A stretch of 34,692 bases of DNA from Chloroflexota bacterium (GCA_005879785.1 VBJV01000022.1:65749-100440), one strand, 5' to 3'. Counted from the stretch's first letter, positions 1-9,789 are shown. A program made the numbers and translations. Notes: a model not told the origin generated them from the sequence alone.

Positions 1-2
1 GG

Positions 3-353
3 CTTGTCCGGTGTGGAATGCTCGTCGCACAGGCGGCGCGCCAGCGCTGCCGCGGCGACGTTGAGCCGCGTGGTGTGCTCGGCCTGGCCCCATTCCGTGA
101 GGCGCAGTCGCGTCGCCTGGAATGTGCAGGTCTCAACGGCATCGCAGCCCACCTCGAGGAACGATCGGTGCACGCGCTCGACGACGTCGGGGGCATTGAG
201 GACGAGGCCGTCCATCCAGCCCTCGAGCGCCGCGCCGCCGTACTGTTCGAGTGCGGGGTGCTGGGCATGCAGGCTGGTGCCCATGGCGCCGTCGACCACG
301 AGCACGCGGCGCTGCAGTGCCTCGAGAAATGGCGACTGCACCTGGACTGCCAT
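3..353 (-). CDS. metH: Methionine synthase (homocysteine S-methyltransferase domain), N-terminal part; runs off the window start
   Basis: Own translation from ATG at 353: MAVQVQSPFLEALQRRVLVVDGAMGTSLHAQ...LVLNAPDVVERVHRSFLEVGCDAVETCTF, matching the DGAMGT and HxxFLxxGxDxxET motifs of MetH. Absent from the ORF track because it is truncated. Confidence 0.9.
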   Translation of the reverse strand, partial: MAVQVQSPFLEALQRRVLVVDGAMGTSLHAQHPALEQYGGAALEGWMDGLVLNAPDVVERVHRSFLEVGCDAVETCTFQATRLRLTEWGQAEHTTRLNVAAAALARRLCDEHSTPDK

Positions 354-436
354 GGCTAGACGGTATCAGGAGTTGGCTGACCGGGCCGTGATACTCTCGG
401 CCGGCGCATTTACCAAGTCGCAGCAGGAGCAATCGT

Positions 437-745
437 TTGGCACGACGTCCACCCCGTCCAGGCGGCACGCGCCGTCGCGGTCCGGCGCGCCGGCGCGACG
501 TGAGCGCCGAGGACGGCGCGGTCGCCTCCGTAAAGGAGGAGACGATCGAGATGGACGCGACGGTCCTGGAGCCGCTGCCCAACGCCATGTTCAAGGTGCA
601 GTTGCAGACGGGCCAGGAGGTGCTCGCGTACACGTCCGGCAAGATGCGCAAGTTCTACATCCGTATCCTCATCGGCGATCGGGTGCGGGTCGAGCTCTCG
701 CCGTACGACCTGACGCGCGGGCGCATCACGTTCCGTTACAAGTAG
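437..745 (+). CDS. infA: Translation initiation factor IF-1, with a probable ~30-aa basic N-terminal extension
   Basis: LPNAMFKV...[36 protein letters not shown] is the IF-1 signature. AGGAG at about 425-429 precedes the TTG start at 437. Confidence 0.95.
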   Translation: MARRPPRPGGTRRRGPARRRDVSAEDGAVASVKEETIEMDATVLEPLPNAMFKVQLQTGQEVLAYTSGKMRKFYIRILIGDRVRVELSPYDLTRGRITFRYK

Positions 746-760
746 GCGCGGGGCGAGCCG

Positions 761-1213
761 ATGGTGGTCGGCTATGTCATCGCCGGCCTGGTGCTCCTGG
801 CAATCCTGGTCGCGGCGTATCGCGCGCTCGGACGCCCCAGCGCGCCCGTCAGCGATCCGCATGCGCTGTTGCGCGCTGTCGCGGACACCGCGGAGTCGGC
901 GACGGCGGCGACGCAGGAACCCGCCGCAGGTGCGCGCTCAGAACAGCGCCGCCTCGAAGGTTGCGCACAGGCGCTGGACCGGCTGACGCCAGGCGACCTC
1001 GACGCTTCCGGTGCACGTGCACATGAGCTTCTCGCGCAGGGAGTCAACGAGCTGCTCTGGGCAGCGCGCCTGCTGGAGCGCAGCGGCCTCGCCAGCGAAG
1101 GATTGCGCCGAGCGCACGCAGAGCTGACAACCTCGGGCACGCGGTGCCTCGCGCAGGCGCGCGCGCTCCTCGCCGGCTCAGGCGCCGCGAAAGAAGGTCA
1201 CGGTGCGCGCTAG
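761..1213 (+). CDS. Hypothetical protein with an N-terminal membrane anchor and helical body
   Basis: ATG 15 nt after the infA stop; hydrophobic N-terminus (VVGYVIAGLVLLAILVAAY); GC3-rich codons. Confidence 0.7.
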   Translation: MVVGYVIAGLVLLAILVAAYRALGRPSAPVSDPHALLRAVADTAESATAATQEPAAGARSEQRRLEGCAQALDRLTPGDLDASGARAHELLAQGVNELLWAARLLERSGLASEGLRRAHAELTTSGTRCLAQARALLAGSGAAKEGHGAR

Positions 1214-2040
1214 GCCTTCGTCGAGCCCGACGGCGGGCGCCCAGCCGAGCTCGCCGGCGGCACGCTGCACGTCCACGCACGAGCGCCGCTGCTCACCCGG
1301 CTTGGCCTCGCCATGGTGTGCCACGGCGTCCACCCCGATGACGGCGCGTAGTCGCTCGAAGAGCTGGTTCACGTCCGTCTCGGCGCCTGTGCCGATGTTG
1401 TACGCACCGGCCGGTGCGTCGATCGCGCAGAGATTGGCGCGCACCACGTCGTCGACGTACACGTAGTCGCGCGTCTGCAGTCCGTCACCGTTGATGACAG
1501 CAGTCTCGCCGGTCAGCAGCCGTGTGGCGAGAATGGCAACGACGCCGGCCTCTCCATGCGGGTCCTGCCTCGCGCCGTACACATTCGCGTACCGCAAGGA
1601 GACCGATTCGAGACCCTGCACGCGCTGGAAGGTCGCCGCATAGAGCTCGGCGCACAGCTTCGAGGCGCCGTACGGGGACTCCGGCCGGCAGGGCGCATCC
1701 TCCGGGGTCGGGATGGTGTCCGTTTCGCCGTACACCGCTCCGCCGCTGGAAGCGAAGACGACGCGCTGCACCGCGGCTGCGGCGCACGCTCGCAGCACGT
1801 TGACCGTGCCCAGGACGTTGGTCTGCGCGTCACCCAGCGGATCGCGGACCGAGCTGCGCACGTCGATCTGCGCCGCCTGATGGAACACCACCTCGGGCCG
1901 GGTTGCTGCGATGGCGTCGACGAGCGCGGGTGTGGTGACATCGAGCTCGAGCAACGTCGCGCGGCGTGACCCGCGTTCAGCAGCGCGTCGACGAGGTGCG
2001 AGCCGATGAAGCCGGCGCCGCCGGTGACCAGCGCCCTCAC
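1178..2040 (-). pseudogene. NAD-dependent epimerase/dehydratase (UDP-glucose 4-epimerase-like), frameshifted near 1964 (may be an assembly error)
   Basis: GTG at 2040 gives MRALVTGGAGFIGSHLVDALLNAGH in one frame. The rest (VFHQAAQIDVRSS, SSGGAVYG, SPYGASK, LRYANVYG, QTRDYVYV) is in another frame, and the beta-2 acidic segment between them is missing. Confidence 0.85.
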
Positions 2041-3089
2041 GCTTCGACAAGCGGGGGTCGCGGTTTCGGCGCGTGGACGTGGGTGAGCAGGAAGACGACG
2101 AAGCCGAGGACGACCAGGCTGCCGTAGCTGATGCTGCGATCCAGGATGGCGATCGACAGCGCAGCCTCCTTGCTGATGCCGCCCACCGCGACGAGCACGG
2201 TGACCATCCCGAACTCGACCAGGCCGAGGCCGCCGGGCAGGAAGGGCACGGTGGTGAGCAGCGCCGCCGCCAGCGCAACGAGCAGGAACTGCGACGGTCC
2301 CAGCAAGTTGCCGTCCCCGAGCGCGAAGACAACGAAGGCGAGGCGGGCGGCCTCCATTCCCCACACGGTCCCGGTGAGCGCGATCAGCGTGGGAAAGCGG
2401 CCGAGTGAATGGACGGTTCCCACCCTGAAGCTCTCGTAACGGTGGAACACCGCTTCCGGCAGCAGGCGGAGCAGGCGCTGGCCGCGGCCCGCTCGCATGG
2501 TGAGGACGACGCCGACGCCGGCGCAGCACACCAGGGTCCCGGCGACGACGTACGGAATCAGCACACCCGGCGCCTTGCGATGGAAGACCACCGCGCCTGC
2601 CGCCAGCAGCAGCGCCATCAGCACGCACAGGTCGACGAGGCGCTCGGCGATGATCGTGCCCAGCGCCTTGCTCGCCGAGATGTGGCGCTTGGCCCGGGCC
2701 AGGTACGCGCGATAGACGTCGCCCATCTTGGCGGGCACGACACAGTTGACGAAGAACGATGTCACGATGATGCCGATCAGTCCTGGCCAGGGCTGGCTCT
2801 CGCCCGCGTTGCGCAGCAGCAGCCGCCAGCGGATCGCGCGCACCACGAAGCTCGAGTAGAAGACGATCAGCGCCGCCAGGTAGAGCAGCGCGTTGGCGTG
2901 ACGGATCTTGTTCCACGCGTCGCCCCAGTTGATGGGTGCGCGGGTGACGGCAACCGCGACGATGATCGCCGCCACCAGCAGCGAAGCGACCGTGCGCGGC
3001 GTGAAGAGACGTGCTGAGAGCGACGGTGGGACACCCGGGCGCACCGGCTCGACCGTGGCGAGCGTGCTGGTCACGGCTCGCTCCGCCAC
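2037..3089 (-). CDS. Lysylphosphatidylglycerol synthase TM-domain / UPF0104 flippase-like membrane protein
   Basis: Multiple TM helices with family motifs RAIRW, NCVVPAKMGDVYR, ERLVD, PFLPGGLGLVE; stop overlaps the epimerase start. Confidence 0.85.
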   Translation of the reverse strand: MAERAVTSTLATVEPVRPGVPPSLSARLFTPRTVASLLVAAIIVAVAVTRAPINWGDAWNKIRHANALLYLAALIVFYSSFVVRAIRWRLLLRNAGESQPWPGLIGIIVTSFFVNCVVPAKMGDVYRAYLARAKRHISASKALGTIIAERLVDLCVLMALLLAAGAVVFHRKAPGVLIPYVVAGTLVCCAGVGVVLTMRAGRGQRLLRLLPEAVFHRYESFRVGTVHSLGRFPTLIALTGTVWGMEAARLAFVVFALGDGNLLGPSQFLLVALAAALLTTVPFLPGGLGLVEFGMVTVLVAVGGISKEAALSIAILDRSISYGSLVVLGFVVFLLTHVHAPKPRPPLVEA

Positions 3090-3127
3090 GTCGTGCGCAC
3101 GCGGCCCCTTCCGATCATGGCCTGCAT

Positions 3128-3578
3128 TCAGCGTGGGCGGCGCATGCGCGAGAGCAGCGCGCGCCGCTGCGATTCCGCCGGACCTCCCGCTGCGTGCATC
3201 TCACGCTCGGCCAGAATGCGAGCCAGCTGTTCCAGGTGACCCGATCGTACGCATCTCGTCCGATCCGGGCTCGACGATCGGCCAGACCCCACCGTGCCGT
3301 CCGAGCACGACATCGGGCGAGATCGAGGCGCGCAGCACCTCGCCGTCCATGAAGTGGAACGCGGCGCGGTCCCAGGCAGCCACGACCTCTGCGGGCGGCG
3401 CGGGGACCGAGTCGCCGACGATGATCTGACGGATCGCGGTCATCGGGAAGAGGGCGCGCTCGGTGTTCGGGTCGACGGAGCGGAACTCGGCTTCCAGGAC
3501 GGCGTGGTCGAACGTGATCTCGGGCGTGTCCGCATGCAGGACCTCGCCGTCAACGAAGCTGATCACCACGGCCGGCAT
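3128..3578 (-). CDS. Hypothetical protein with an internally repeated F-x-DGEVL-x-A motif (DUF6982-like); apparent frameshift near 3239
   Basis: ORF 3578-3201 has ISFVDGEVLHA and FHFMDGEVLRA. After MRTIG a protein-like tail (HLEQLARILAEREM...RMRRPR, stop 3128) continues in a different frame. Confidence 0.6.
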
Positions 3579-3661
3579 AGCCCCGCCAATCTACGACACC
3601 CGCGCCACCTTCCCACGCCGCCCGGCTCGGTATGCGAACCGCGCCAGGAAACACCGAGAAG

Positions 3662-3679
3662 TGTCACAGCCCGGTGACA
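3662..3679. promoter_or_regulatory. Palindrome TGTCAC-N6-GTGACA, candidate transcription factor site
   Basis: Perfect 6-bp inverted repeat in the intergenic region between divergent genes. Confidence 0.35.
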
Positions 3680-3730
3680 GAGGCTGCAGCGGGCCGCGGG
3701 TAGCATGACCTGCGGGGAGTTGGTCAAACG

Positions 3731-4417
3731 ATGAGCACACGCTCGACTCGACGCGGGCGCGGCGGGGCGCGCTGGCCGAGCAGCGAAACATGCCGTCGCT
3801 ACGCGCCGGTGCTGTTCGCGGGCTTCGGCGCTGCGCTCGCGCTCGCGTTGCATGTGGTCACCGCCGAGGCAGCCGGGAGCGCCAGCGTCGCTGGGCAGGC
3901 CGCCGCCGGCGGGCCCTGGGCCGGCGTGTTGACGGCTGCGCCGGCCACGACCCCTGAACACTCGCGCCGAAGCGACCGTCGCCTGCGCCGGGACGATCGG
4001 AACCGCGGACGGCATCACATGGCGGGCACCGCACGAAGCACCACTCGCGCACGAACCGGGACGGCGCGAAGCCAGCCACTGCGCGGCGAACGCGCACCCG
4101 CGGCCCCGGCAGAGTCCACTGTGGTGAGTGGCGTCGAAGCCGCACGATCGAGCGCTCTCGTGCCCGTGACGCCGCCGGCGCAGCCGGCGGCAGCGCAGCC
4201 GGTGGCAGCGGAGCCGGCCGGGCCGCTGCCGACCCCGCCCGCCGAGATCCCACCCGTGATCGCGCCGCCGTTGCTCACCCTTCCGTCGGCTCCACGTCAG
4301 CAACTCTTCAGCCCGTCGTGGCCCGGTGTGCCGTTCAACGTGGCCAGCCTGGCTGCCCTGGTGCTCGCCGCCGCCGTCGCCGCCAGCGCGCTCGTGCTCG
4401 CGCGCCGGCGCACCTGA
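3731..4417 (+). CDS. Hypothetical exported Pro/Ala-rich protein with a C-terminal membrane anchor
   Basis: GGGGAG upstream; N-terminal hydrophobic segment (VLFAGFGAALALALHVV); Pro-rich stalk; C-terminal hydrophobic helix followed by RRRT. Confidence 0.55.
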   Translation: MSTRSTRRGRGGARWPSSETCRRYAPVLFAGFGAALALALHVVTAEAAGSASVAGQAAAGGPWAGVLTAAPATTPEHSRRSDRRLRRDDRNRGRHHMAGTARSTTRARTGTARSQPLRGERAPAAPAESTVVSGVEAARSSALVPVTPPAQPAAAQPVAAEPAGPLPTPPAEIPPVIAPPLLTLPSAPRQQLFSPSWPGVPFNVASLAALVLAAAVAASALVLARRRT

Positions 4418-4427
4418 GCGAGCGCCG

Positions 4428-6539
4428 GTGCAACTCATTCGTCAGACGTTGGCGGCCTGGCGGCGAACGCGTTTCTCGGTCAAGTTCACCTCCGTCATCG
4501 TGGTTGCCTGCCTGCTCATCTCGCTGGTGCCTCTGTGGATCGCGCAGCTCAACACCAATGACGAGGCGAAGGACCGGGCGGCCGACAAGGTGGGGGTCGC
4601 AGGCAACCTGATCGCCGGGCAGCTCAGCTCGCTCAGCTCGTTCATCCAGGGCGTCGCACGACAGATCGACGCCAGCCGTGACCTGCCCAACCCCGAACTG
4701 GTGCGGGCAACGCTCGCGCAGGACGCCGCCGTCAATCCGTTCGGCGACGTGCTTGGCGTCATCGATCCCGATGGTCGCGTCGTGTCGGTACAGGGGACGC
4801 TCACCCTGACCCGCGCAGATCCGATCATCAGTGTGCTGACCGCCGCCGTTCCCAAGGGCGCGCACGTCGCGCCGGCCACCGACGGCCAGCCGTGGCTCGT
4901 CGAGGACGCGGCAGTGCCGAACAGCACAGCCACCGCCTTCGTGGGGCGTCCGCTGAGCGCCCAGCTCGCCACCGCCATCGGCAGCAACCTGGCCACCGCG
5001 GCGGATCCGGCCGACTTCACCGTCATCGGCACCGACGAGCGCTTCGCCATCGACGGCCGCATCGCGGGGCTCACCGTGAGCATGGGCGACAAGCCGTTCG
5101 CGCAGCTGGCCAGCGTGCTGTCCGGCAGGTCCGCTTCGGTGGTCACGGTGGGGACACGTGACTTCGCAGTGGCGACGGCGCAGCTCGGCCCGGCGTTCCG
5201 ACTGGTGGTCACCACACCTGTGGACGTCGTGGCCACGCCGCTGCAGCCGCTCATCCTGCTGATCGCACTCATCGTCGCGCTGGTGGCAGTCATCGTGGTG
5301 ATGGTGCAGTTCAGCCTGCAGCGTCCACTGCGCCGGCTCGACCGCGCTGTGGCGGGTCTGGGCAAGAACGAGTTCGACGTCCCGGTGCCGACAGGTCCCG
5401 ACAATGAGCTGGGCCGGCTTGGCGAGACCTTCGAGAAGATGCGCCGTGAGCTGCAGACGCAGATGAAAGCGACGCGAACGCGCGCAGCGATCGCGACCGC
5501 GTTGAGCACCTCGCGTCCGCTCGAGGAAACGCTCTCCGAGGTCTGCACGGAGCTGCGCACGTCAACCGGCGTGGACGCGGTCATGATCCTGGTGAACGAA
5601 TCGGAGATGAACGACCCGTTCGCCATCTTCGAGGGCGTGCGCGACGTCGACGTCGACGCGCTGTTGAAGGGCACCGGACCGATCGGCGAGGGCTACCGTC
5701 AGAGCATGATGGGAGCGCTCATGCTCGGCGCTGCGCCCGCGAGCCTGGAGGCCCACCTGGGGATGCGCGATTTCTGTGTCGCGCCGCTACGCCTTGCGGA
5801 GCACCTGCATGGTGTGCTCGCCGTGGCTCGCAGTGAATCGGAAATGGACGAGACCGACGCCGACCTCGTCGTCGGCACGGCGGAACAGCTTGCGCTGGCG
5901 TTGGAGCGATCCCGTTTCCTCGCGTCGGTGAAGCGGCAGGCCAGCATGGACGACCTCACCGGTCTGTACAACCATCGCTTCCTGGTCGACTACCTCGGCC
6001 AGCAGGTCGCGCTCGCAGAGCGTCTGAACACGTCCCTGGCGATACTGATGATCGACATCGACCACTTCAAGGTCCTCAACGACAGCCTGGGACACCAGGC
6101 AGGCGACGTCGCGCTCGCCGCTTTCGCGCAGACGCTCGTGAGCAGCGTGCGCCGGTCGGATCTCGCCGCCCGCTACGGTGGTGAGGAGTTCGCGGTGGTG
6201 ATGGCCAACACGTCGGCCGAGGAAGCGCGACTGGTGGCGGAGAAGATCCGGCTGGCCCTGGCCGACAGCATTATCGAGCTCGAACCCGGAGCGCCCCTGA
6301 CGCTGACCGTGAGCGTCGGTGGCGCCGCGTTCCCCGAGGACACAGAGAGCGCACGTGAGCTGCTCACGCTGGCCGACGAAGCCCTGTACCGCGCCAAGCG
6401 CACGGGGCGCGACCGCACCTGCATGGCGGGTGACGTGCGTGCGAGGATCAAGCCCAAGGTGGCCAGGATGCGTGATGCCGGCGTGATCGATGTGGAGTCC
6501 AATGTCGGTGCCGGCGGGCGCCATCGACCTGCGCAGTGA
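4428..6539 (+). CDS. Membrane diguanylate cyclase (TM, extracytoplasmic sensor, TM, HAMP, GAF, GGDEF)
   Basis: Two TM helices; HAMP (RPLRRL...[14 protein letters not shown]); GAF-like segment; [27 protein letters not shown]-site, [16 protein letters not shown]. Start estimated at GTG 4428. Confidence 0.92.
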   Translation: MQLIRQTLAAWRRTRFSVKFTSVIVVACLLISLVPLWIAQLNTNDEAKDRAADKVGVAGNLIAGQLSSLSSFIQGVARQIDASRDLPNPELVRATLAQDAAVNPFGDVLGVIDPDGRVVSVQGTLTLTRADPIISVLTAAVPKGAHVAPATDGQPWLVEDAAVPNSTATAFVGRPLSAQLATAIGSNLATAADPADFTVIGTDERFAIDGRIAGLTVSMGDKPFAQLASVLSGRSASVVTVGTRDFAVATAQLGPAFRLVVTTPVDVVATPLQPLILLIALIVALVAVIVVMVQFSLQRPLRRLDRAVAGLGKNEFDVPVPTGPDNELGRLGETFEKMRRELQTQMKATRTRAAIATALSTSRPLEETLSEVCTELRTSTGVDAVMILVNESEMNDPFAIFEGVRDVDVDALLKGTGPIGEGYRQSMMGALMLGAAPASLEAHLGMRDFCVAPLRLAEHLHGVLAVARSESEMDETDADLVVGTAEQLALALERSRFLASVKRQASMDDLTGLYNHRFLVDYLGQQVALAERLNTSLAILMIDIDHFKVLNDSLGHQAGDVALAAFAQTLVSSVRRSDLAARYGGEEFAVVMANTSAEEARLVAEKIRLALADSIIELEPGAPLTLTVSVGGAAFPEDTESARELLTLADEALYRAKRTGRDRTCMAGDVRARIKPKVARMRDAGVIDVESNVGAGGRHRPAQ

Positions 6540-7539
6540 CACGCTGACCGTCCCCGACGCGGGAATGCGCGCGGCAATCGCCGCCGCTGAGGTCGGGGAT
6601 GACGTGTGGGGTGAGGACCCCACGGTGCGCCGGCTCGAGGAGGGAGTCGCCGCACTGCTGGACAAGCAGGCGGCGGTGTTCGTGCCCAGCGGCACGATGG
6701 CGAACCTCGCCGCGGTCGCCGCGCAGACCCGCCCCGGCGACGAGGTCATCGCCGATGCGCAGGCACATGTCGCGCTGCACGAGGCGGGTGGCTCAGCCGC
6801 GGTTGCCGGTGTCCAGCTTCGCCTGCTCGACGGGTTCGAAGGCACCCCCGACGCCGCGATGGTCCGCGATGCGGTGCGCGATCAGGACATCCACAATCCG
6901 ACCTCGAAGCTTCTGTGCCTGGAGAACACCCACAACCGTCGCGGCGGCTGCGCGATAGCCTTGCAACGGATCACGGCCGCTGCCGGCGCGGCGCACGCGG
7001 AGGGCCTGCGCGTCCACTGCGACGGGGCACGGCTGTTCAACGCCGCTGTGGCGCTGGATTGCGCCGCCGCGGCGCTGGTCGGCCACTGCGACACCGTGTC
7101 CGTGTGCTTGAGCAAGGGGCTGGGGGCTCCGGTCGGCTCGGTGGTCGCCGGCGATGACGCCGTCATCGCCGAGGTGCGGCGCTGGCGCAAGCGCCTCGGC
7201 GGCGGCATGCGGCAGGCCGGTGTGCTGGCGGCGGCGGGACTCTACGCACTCGACAACAACGTGGCTCGGCTCGCGGACGACCATGCCAACGCACGCGTCA
7301 TCGCCTCCGCATTGCGCGGCGTTGGCGGCGCGACGCTGCTCGAGCCGACCATCCCCACCAACAGCGTCATGCTGCGCACGGCCGCGCCGGCCGATGTGGT
7401 GGTGCGTGAGGCTGCCGCCCGAGGAGTTGCACTAGCGGTCATGGGGCCTGACCTGGTCCGCGGCATGACCCACCTCGGTGTCACCGACACCGATGCGCGC
7501 CGTGCGGCCGAGGTGCTGAGCGAGGTGCTCGCCGGGTAA
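6502..7539 (+). CDS. ltaE: Low-specificity L-threonine aldolase (PLP-dependent)
   Basis: [60 protein letters not shown]; GGAG before ATG 6502. Confidence 0.93.
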   Translation: MSVPAGAIDLRSDTLTVPDAGMRAAIAAAEVGDDVWGEDPTVRRLEEGVAALLDKQAAVFVPSGTMANLAAVAAQTRPGDEVIADAQAHVALHEAGGSAAVAGVQLRLLDGFEGTPDAAMVRDAVRDQDIHNPTSKLLCLENTHNRRGGCAIALQRITAAAGAAHAEGLRVHCDGARLFNAAVALDCAAAALVGHCDTVSVCLSKGLGAPVGSVVAGDDAVIAEVRRWRKRLGGGMRQAGVLAAAGLYALDNNVARLADDHANARVIASALRGVGGATLLEPTIPTNSVMLRTAAPADVVVREAAARGVALAVMGPDLVRGMTHLGVTDTDARRAAEVLSEVLAG

Positions 7540-7542
7540 GCG

Positions 7543-7572
7543 AAGGCCCCCGACGAAACCGTCGGGGGCCTT
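7543..7572. terminator. Bidirectional hairpin terminator between convergent genes
   Basis: Perfect 13-bp stem AAGGCCCCCGACG / CGTCGGGGGCCTT with a 4-nt loop, 3 nt after the ltaE stop. Confidence 0.8.
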
Positions 7573-7601
7573 GCGACGAGTTGTTGGGGTTGAGTGTGAG
7601 G

Positions 7602-8300
7602 TCAGCTCGCCGGCGGGGCTGCTGCCGCTGCTGCCGCAGCCGGAGCTGCTGCCGCCTTGCGACGGCCACCACGCCGTGCCGCCGGCTTGCGTGCCGCGGC
7701 CGCCTTGGGGGCGCGCTTTGCGGTGGCGCGCTTCGCAGTGGTGCGCTTTGCGGTGGTCCGCTTCGCCGTGGCGCGCTTCGCCGTGGCGCGCTTCGCACCG
7801 ACCCGACGCTTCGCCGTGGTGGCGCGCTTGGCTGTGGCGCGCTTCGCGGTCTTGCGCTTCGCGGTGGTGCGCTTGGCGCCGGCGCGACGCTTCGCAGTGC
7901 GCTTTGCCGTGGTGCGCTTGGCGCCCCGCCGTGCCCGGCGCACAGTGGTCTTCGCTGCAGTCCGGCGGCGGGTGCCACGGCGCGCAGTGGTGCGCTTCGC
8001 GGTCCGCTTCGCCGTCGCCCGCTTTGCGGTCTTGCGCTTGGCAGTGCGCTTGCCGCGGACGGCGGAACCGGCGCGCCGCGCAGCCCCGCGCAGCCCTGCC
8101 TCGAGTCTGGCAACTGTTTTCTCGAGCCCTGCGAGTCTCTTCTCGAGCTCGCTGACGGGCAGTGCCTTCACCAGGCTCTGCACCGCCTTCATGAGGTCGC
8201 CACCAGCGGGTGCGCGGCGACGCGCGGTCGTCCTGACGCGCCTCACGGTGCGTTTGACGGCCGTTGGCACGCCGCCTCTCCTACGTCTGGTTCTGGCCAT
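7602..8300 (-). CDS. Histone H1-like basic nucleoid-associated protein (coiled coil plus KR(A/T)TA repeats)
   Basis: Strong SD AAGGAGG 10 nt upstream; sigma70-like promoter; 232 aa, very Arg/Lys/Ala/Thr rich; downstream terminator hairpin. Confidence 0.85.
   Translation of the reverse strand: MARTRRRRGGVPTAVKRTVRRVRTTARRRAPAGGDLMKAVQSLVKALPVSELEKRLAGLEKTVARLEAGLRGAARRAGSAVRGKRTAKRKTAKRATAKRTAKRTTARRGTRRRTAAKTTVRRARRGAKRTTAKRTAKRRAGAKRTTAKRKTAKRATAKRATTAKRRVGAKRATAKRATAKRTTAKRTTAKRATAKRAPKAAAARKPAARRGGRRKAAAAPAAAAAAAAPPAS
7705..8055 (-). repeat. Coding tandem repeats of about 15 nt encoding KR(A/T/K)TA pentapeptides
   Basis: Repeated (+)-strand units such as GCGCTTCGCCGTGGC and GCGCTTCGCGGTGGT inside the H1-like gene. 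Confidence 0.85.
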
Positions 8301-8398
8301 ATTGGATGGGCCTCCTTGAGTGACGGCCCGCTCTTTTTCCGGACCGTCGGTTTAGACGTTTGTGACAGGAGGTGACTAAAACCTCCAGTCGGTCGTAC

Positions 8399-8427
8399 AT
8401 CATGCTGGTTGTACGCGCAATTGTCAA
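8399..8427 (-). promoter_or_regulatory. Sigma70-type promoter of the H1-like gene
   Basis: Minus strand TTGACA (8427-8422), 17-nt spacer, CATGAT (8404-8399). Confidence 0.7.
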
Positions 8428-8532
8428 CGTTTGCACCCTGGGTTGCTGCCAGGGCAGACATCTACCCATGTCGCAGACTCGTCGCGACTTGTCCACGGGG
8501 CGCTGACCGGTTGCGTATAGTGCGGCCTGCTG

Positions 8533-9789
8533 ATGGCGACAGACGAAGGCCGCTCGGCACTGAGCATTGCCCAGCACCGGTTCGAAGCGACGGCAGAAGC
8601 ACTCGGACTGGACGAATCATTGCGCGGGATCCTGCGCGCCGTGAAGCGCGAACTGGTGGTGCATTTCCCGGTCGAGATGGACGACGGGGGCTTCAGGGTG
8701 TTCACCGGTTTCCGGGTGCAGCACAGCGTCGCCCGAGGGCCCGCCAAGGGTGGATTGCGGTATCACCCCGCGATGACGCTCGACGATGCACGGGCCCTGG
8801 CCATGCACATGACCTGGAAGGCTGCGGTGGTCGACCTCCCGTTCGGAGGTGCGAAGGGCGGTGTGATTTGCGATCCGCGAGCGCTGTCGGCATCGGAGCT
8901 GGAACGGCTGACGCGGCGCTTCACCACCGAGATATCCATCATCGTCGGCCCCGATCGCGACATTCCGGCACCGGACCTCGGCACCAATCCTCAGGTGATG
9001 GCCTGGATCATGGACACGCTTTCCATGCACGCGGGGTTCTCTGTCCCCGCGTCCGTGACCGGCAAGCCGATATCGATCGGTGGGTCCGAGGGACGCTTCA
9101 CCGCGCCCGGACGCGGTCTGACGATCGTCACCGTGGAGGCGATGCGCGACCGCGGACTGGACCCGATGGGTGCGACCGTCGCGGTGCAGGGCTTCGGCAA
9201 GGTCGGGTCCGTCTCCGCCGACCTCCTCACGCGAGCGGGCATGAAGGTCGTTGCCGTGTCCGACAGCGCGGGCGGCATCTACCGCGGCGACGGCCTCGAC
9301 CTCGCCGCGCTGCGCGCTCTTAAAGAGGAAGGGGGCCGGCTGGCCGACTACGGCGCGGCCGACCAGTTGAGCAATGACGAGTTGCTGACCCTCGAGGTCG
9401 ATGTGCTCGTCCCGGCGGCGCTCGAGGGTCAGGTGACCGCGGCCAACGCCGACGGCGTGCGGGCCCGCGTGATCGCGGAGGGCGCCAACGCGCCGCTCAC
9501 GCTGGAAGCGGACACCATGCTCGAGGATCGCGGCGTGCTCATCCTTCCGGACATTCTGGTGAACGCCGGAGGGGTGGTCGTCTCGTACTTCGAGTGGGTG
9601 CAGGACCTGCAGGCGTACTTCTGGGCGACGGGCGAGGTGAATTCGCGGCTCAAGGAGGTGATGGTGCGCAGCTACCAGCACGTCAGCGCGCGAGCCGCGC
9701 AGCGCGACGTCACGCTGCGCTCGGCAGCGTACGAGATCGCGGTGGAGAAGGTGGCCGAAGCGACGCGGGTGCGCGGTATCTATCCGTGA
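8533..9789 (+). CDS. gdhA: Glutamate dehydrogenase (Glu/Leu/Phe/Val dehydrogenase family)
   Basis: RGPAKGGLRYHP, MTWK, LPFGGAKGG, DIPAPD, VTGKP, QGFGKVG, EGANAP, NAGGVVVSYFEWVQ; TATAGT at 8516-8521. Confidence 0.93.
   Translation: MATDEGRSALSIAQHRFEATAEALGLDESLRGILRAVKRELVVHFPVEMDDGGFRVFTGFRVQHSVARGPAKGGLRYHPAMTLDDARALAMHMTWKAAVVDLPFGGAKGGVICDPRALSASELERLTRRFTTEISIIVGPDRDIPAPDLGTNPQVMAWIMDTLSMHAGFSVPASVTGKPISIGGSEGRFTAPGRGLTIVTVEAMRDRGLDPMGATVAVQGFGKVGSVSADLLTRAGMKVVAVSDSAGGIYRGDGLDLAALRALKEEGGRLADYGAADQLSNDELLTLEVDVLVPAALEGQVTAANADGVRARVIAEGANAPLTLEADTMLEDRGVLILPDILVNAGGVVVSYFEWVQDLQAYFWATGEVNSRLKEVMVRSYQHVSARAAQRDVTLRSAAYEIAVEKVAEATRVRGIYP

Noticed and set aside
7705-8055. Tandem repeats as a possible CRISPR array or non-coding VNTR
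   Set aside because: Units are about 15 nt, degenerate at third codon positions, have no unique spacers and encode the basic repeats of the H1-like protein; no cas genes nearby.
7571-8375. Plus-strand ORFs over the H1-like gene (RFAVV and WRAS repeats)
   Set aside because: Antisense shadows of the repeat; promoter, SD and terminator all support the minus-strand gene.
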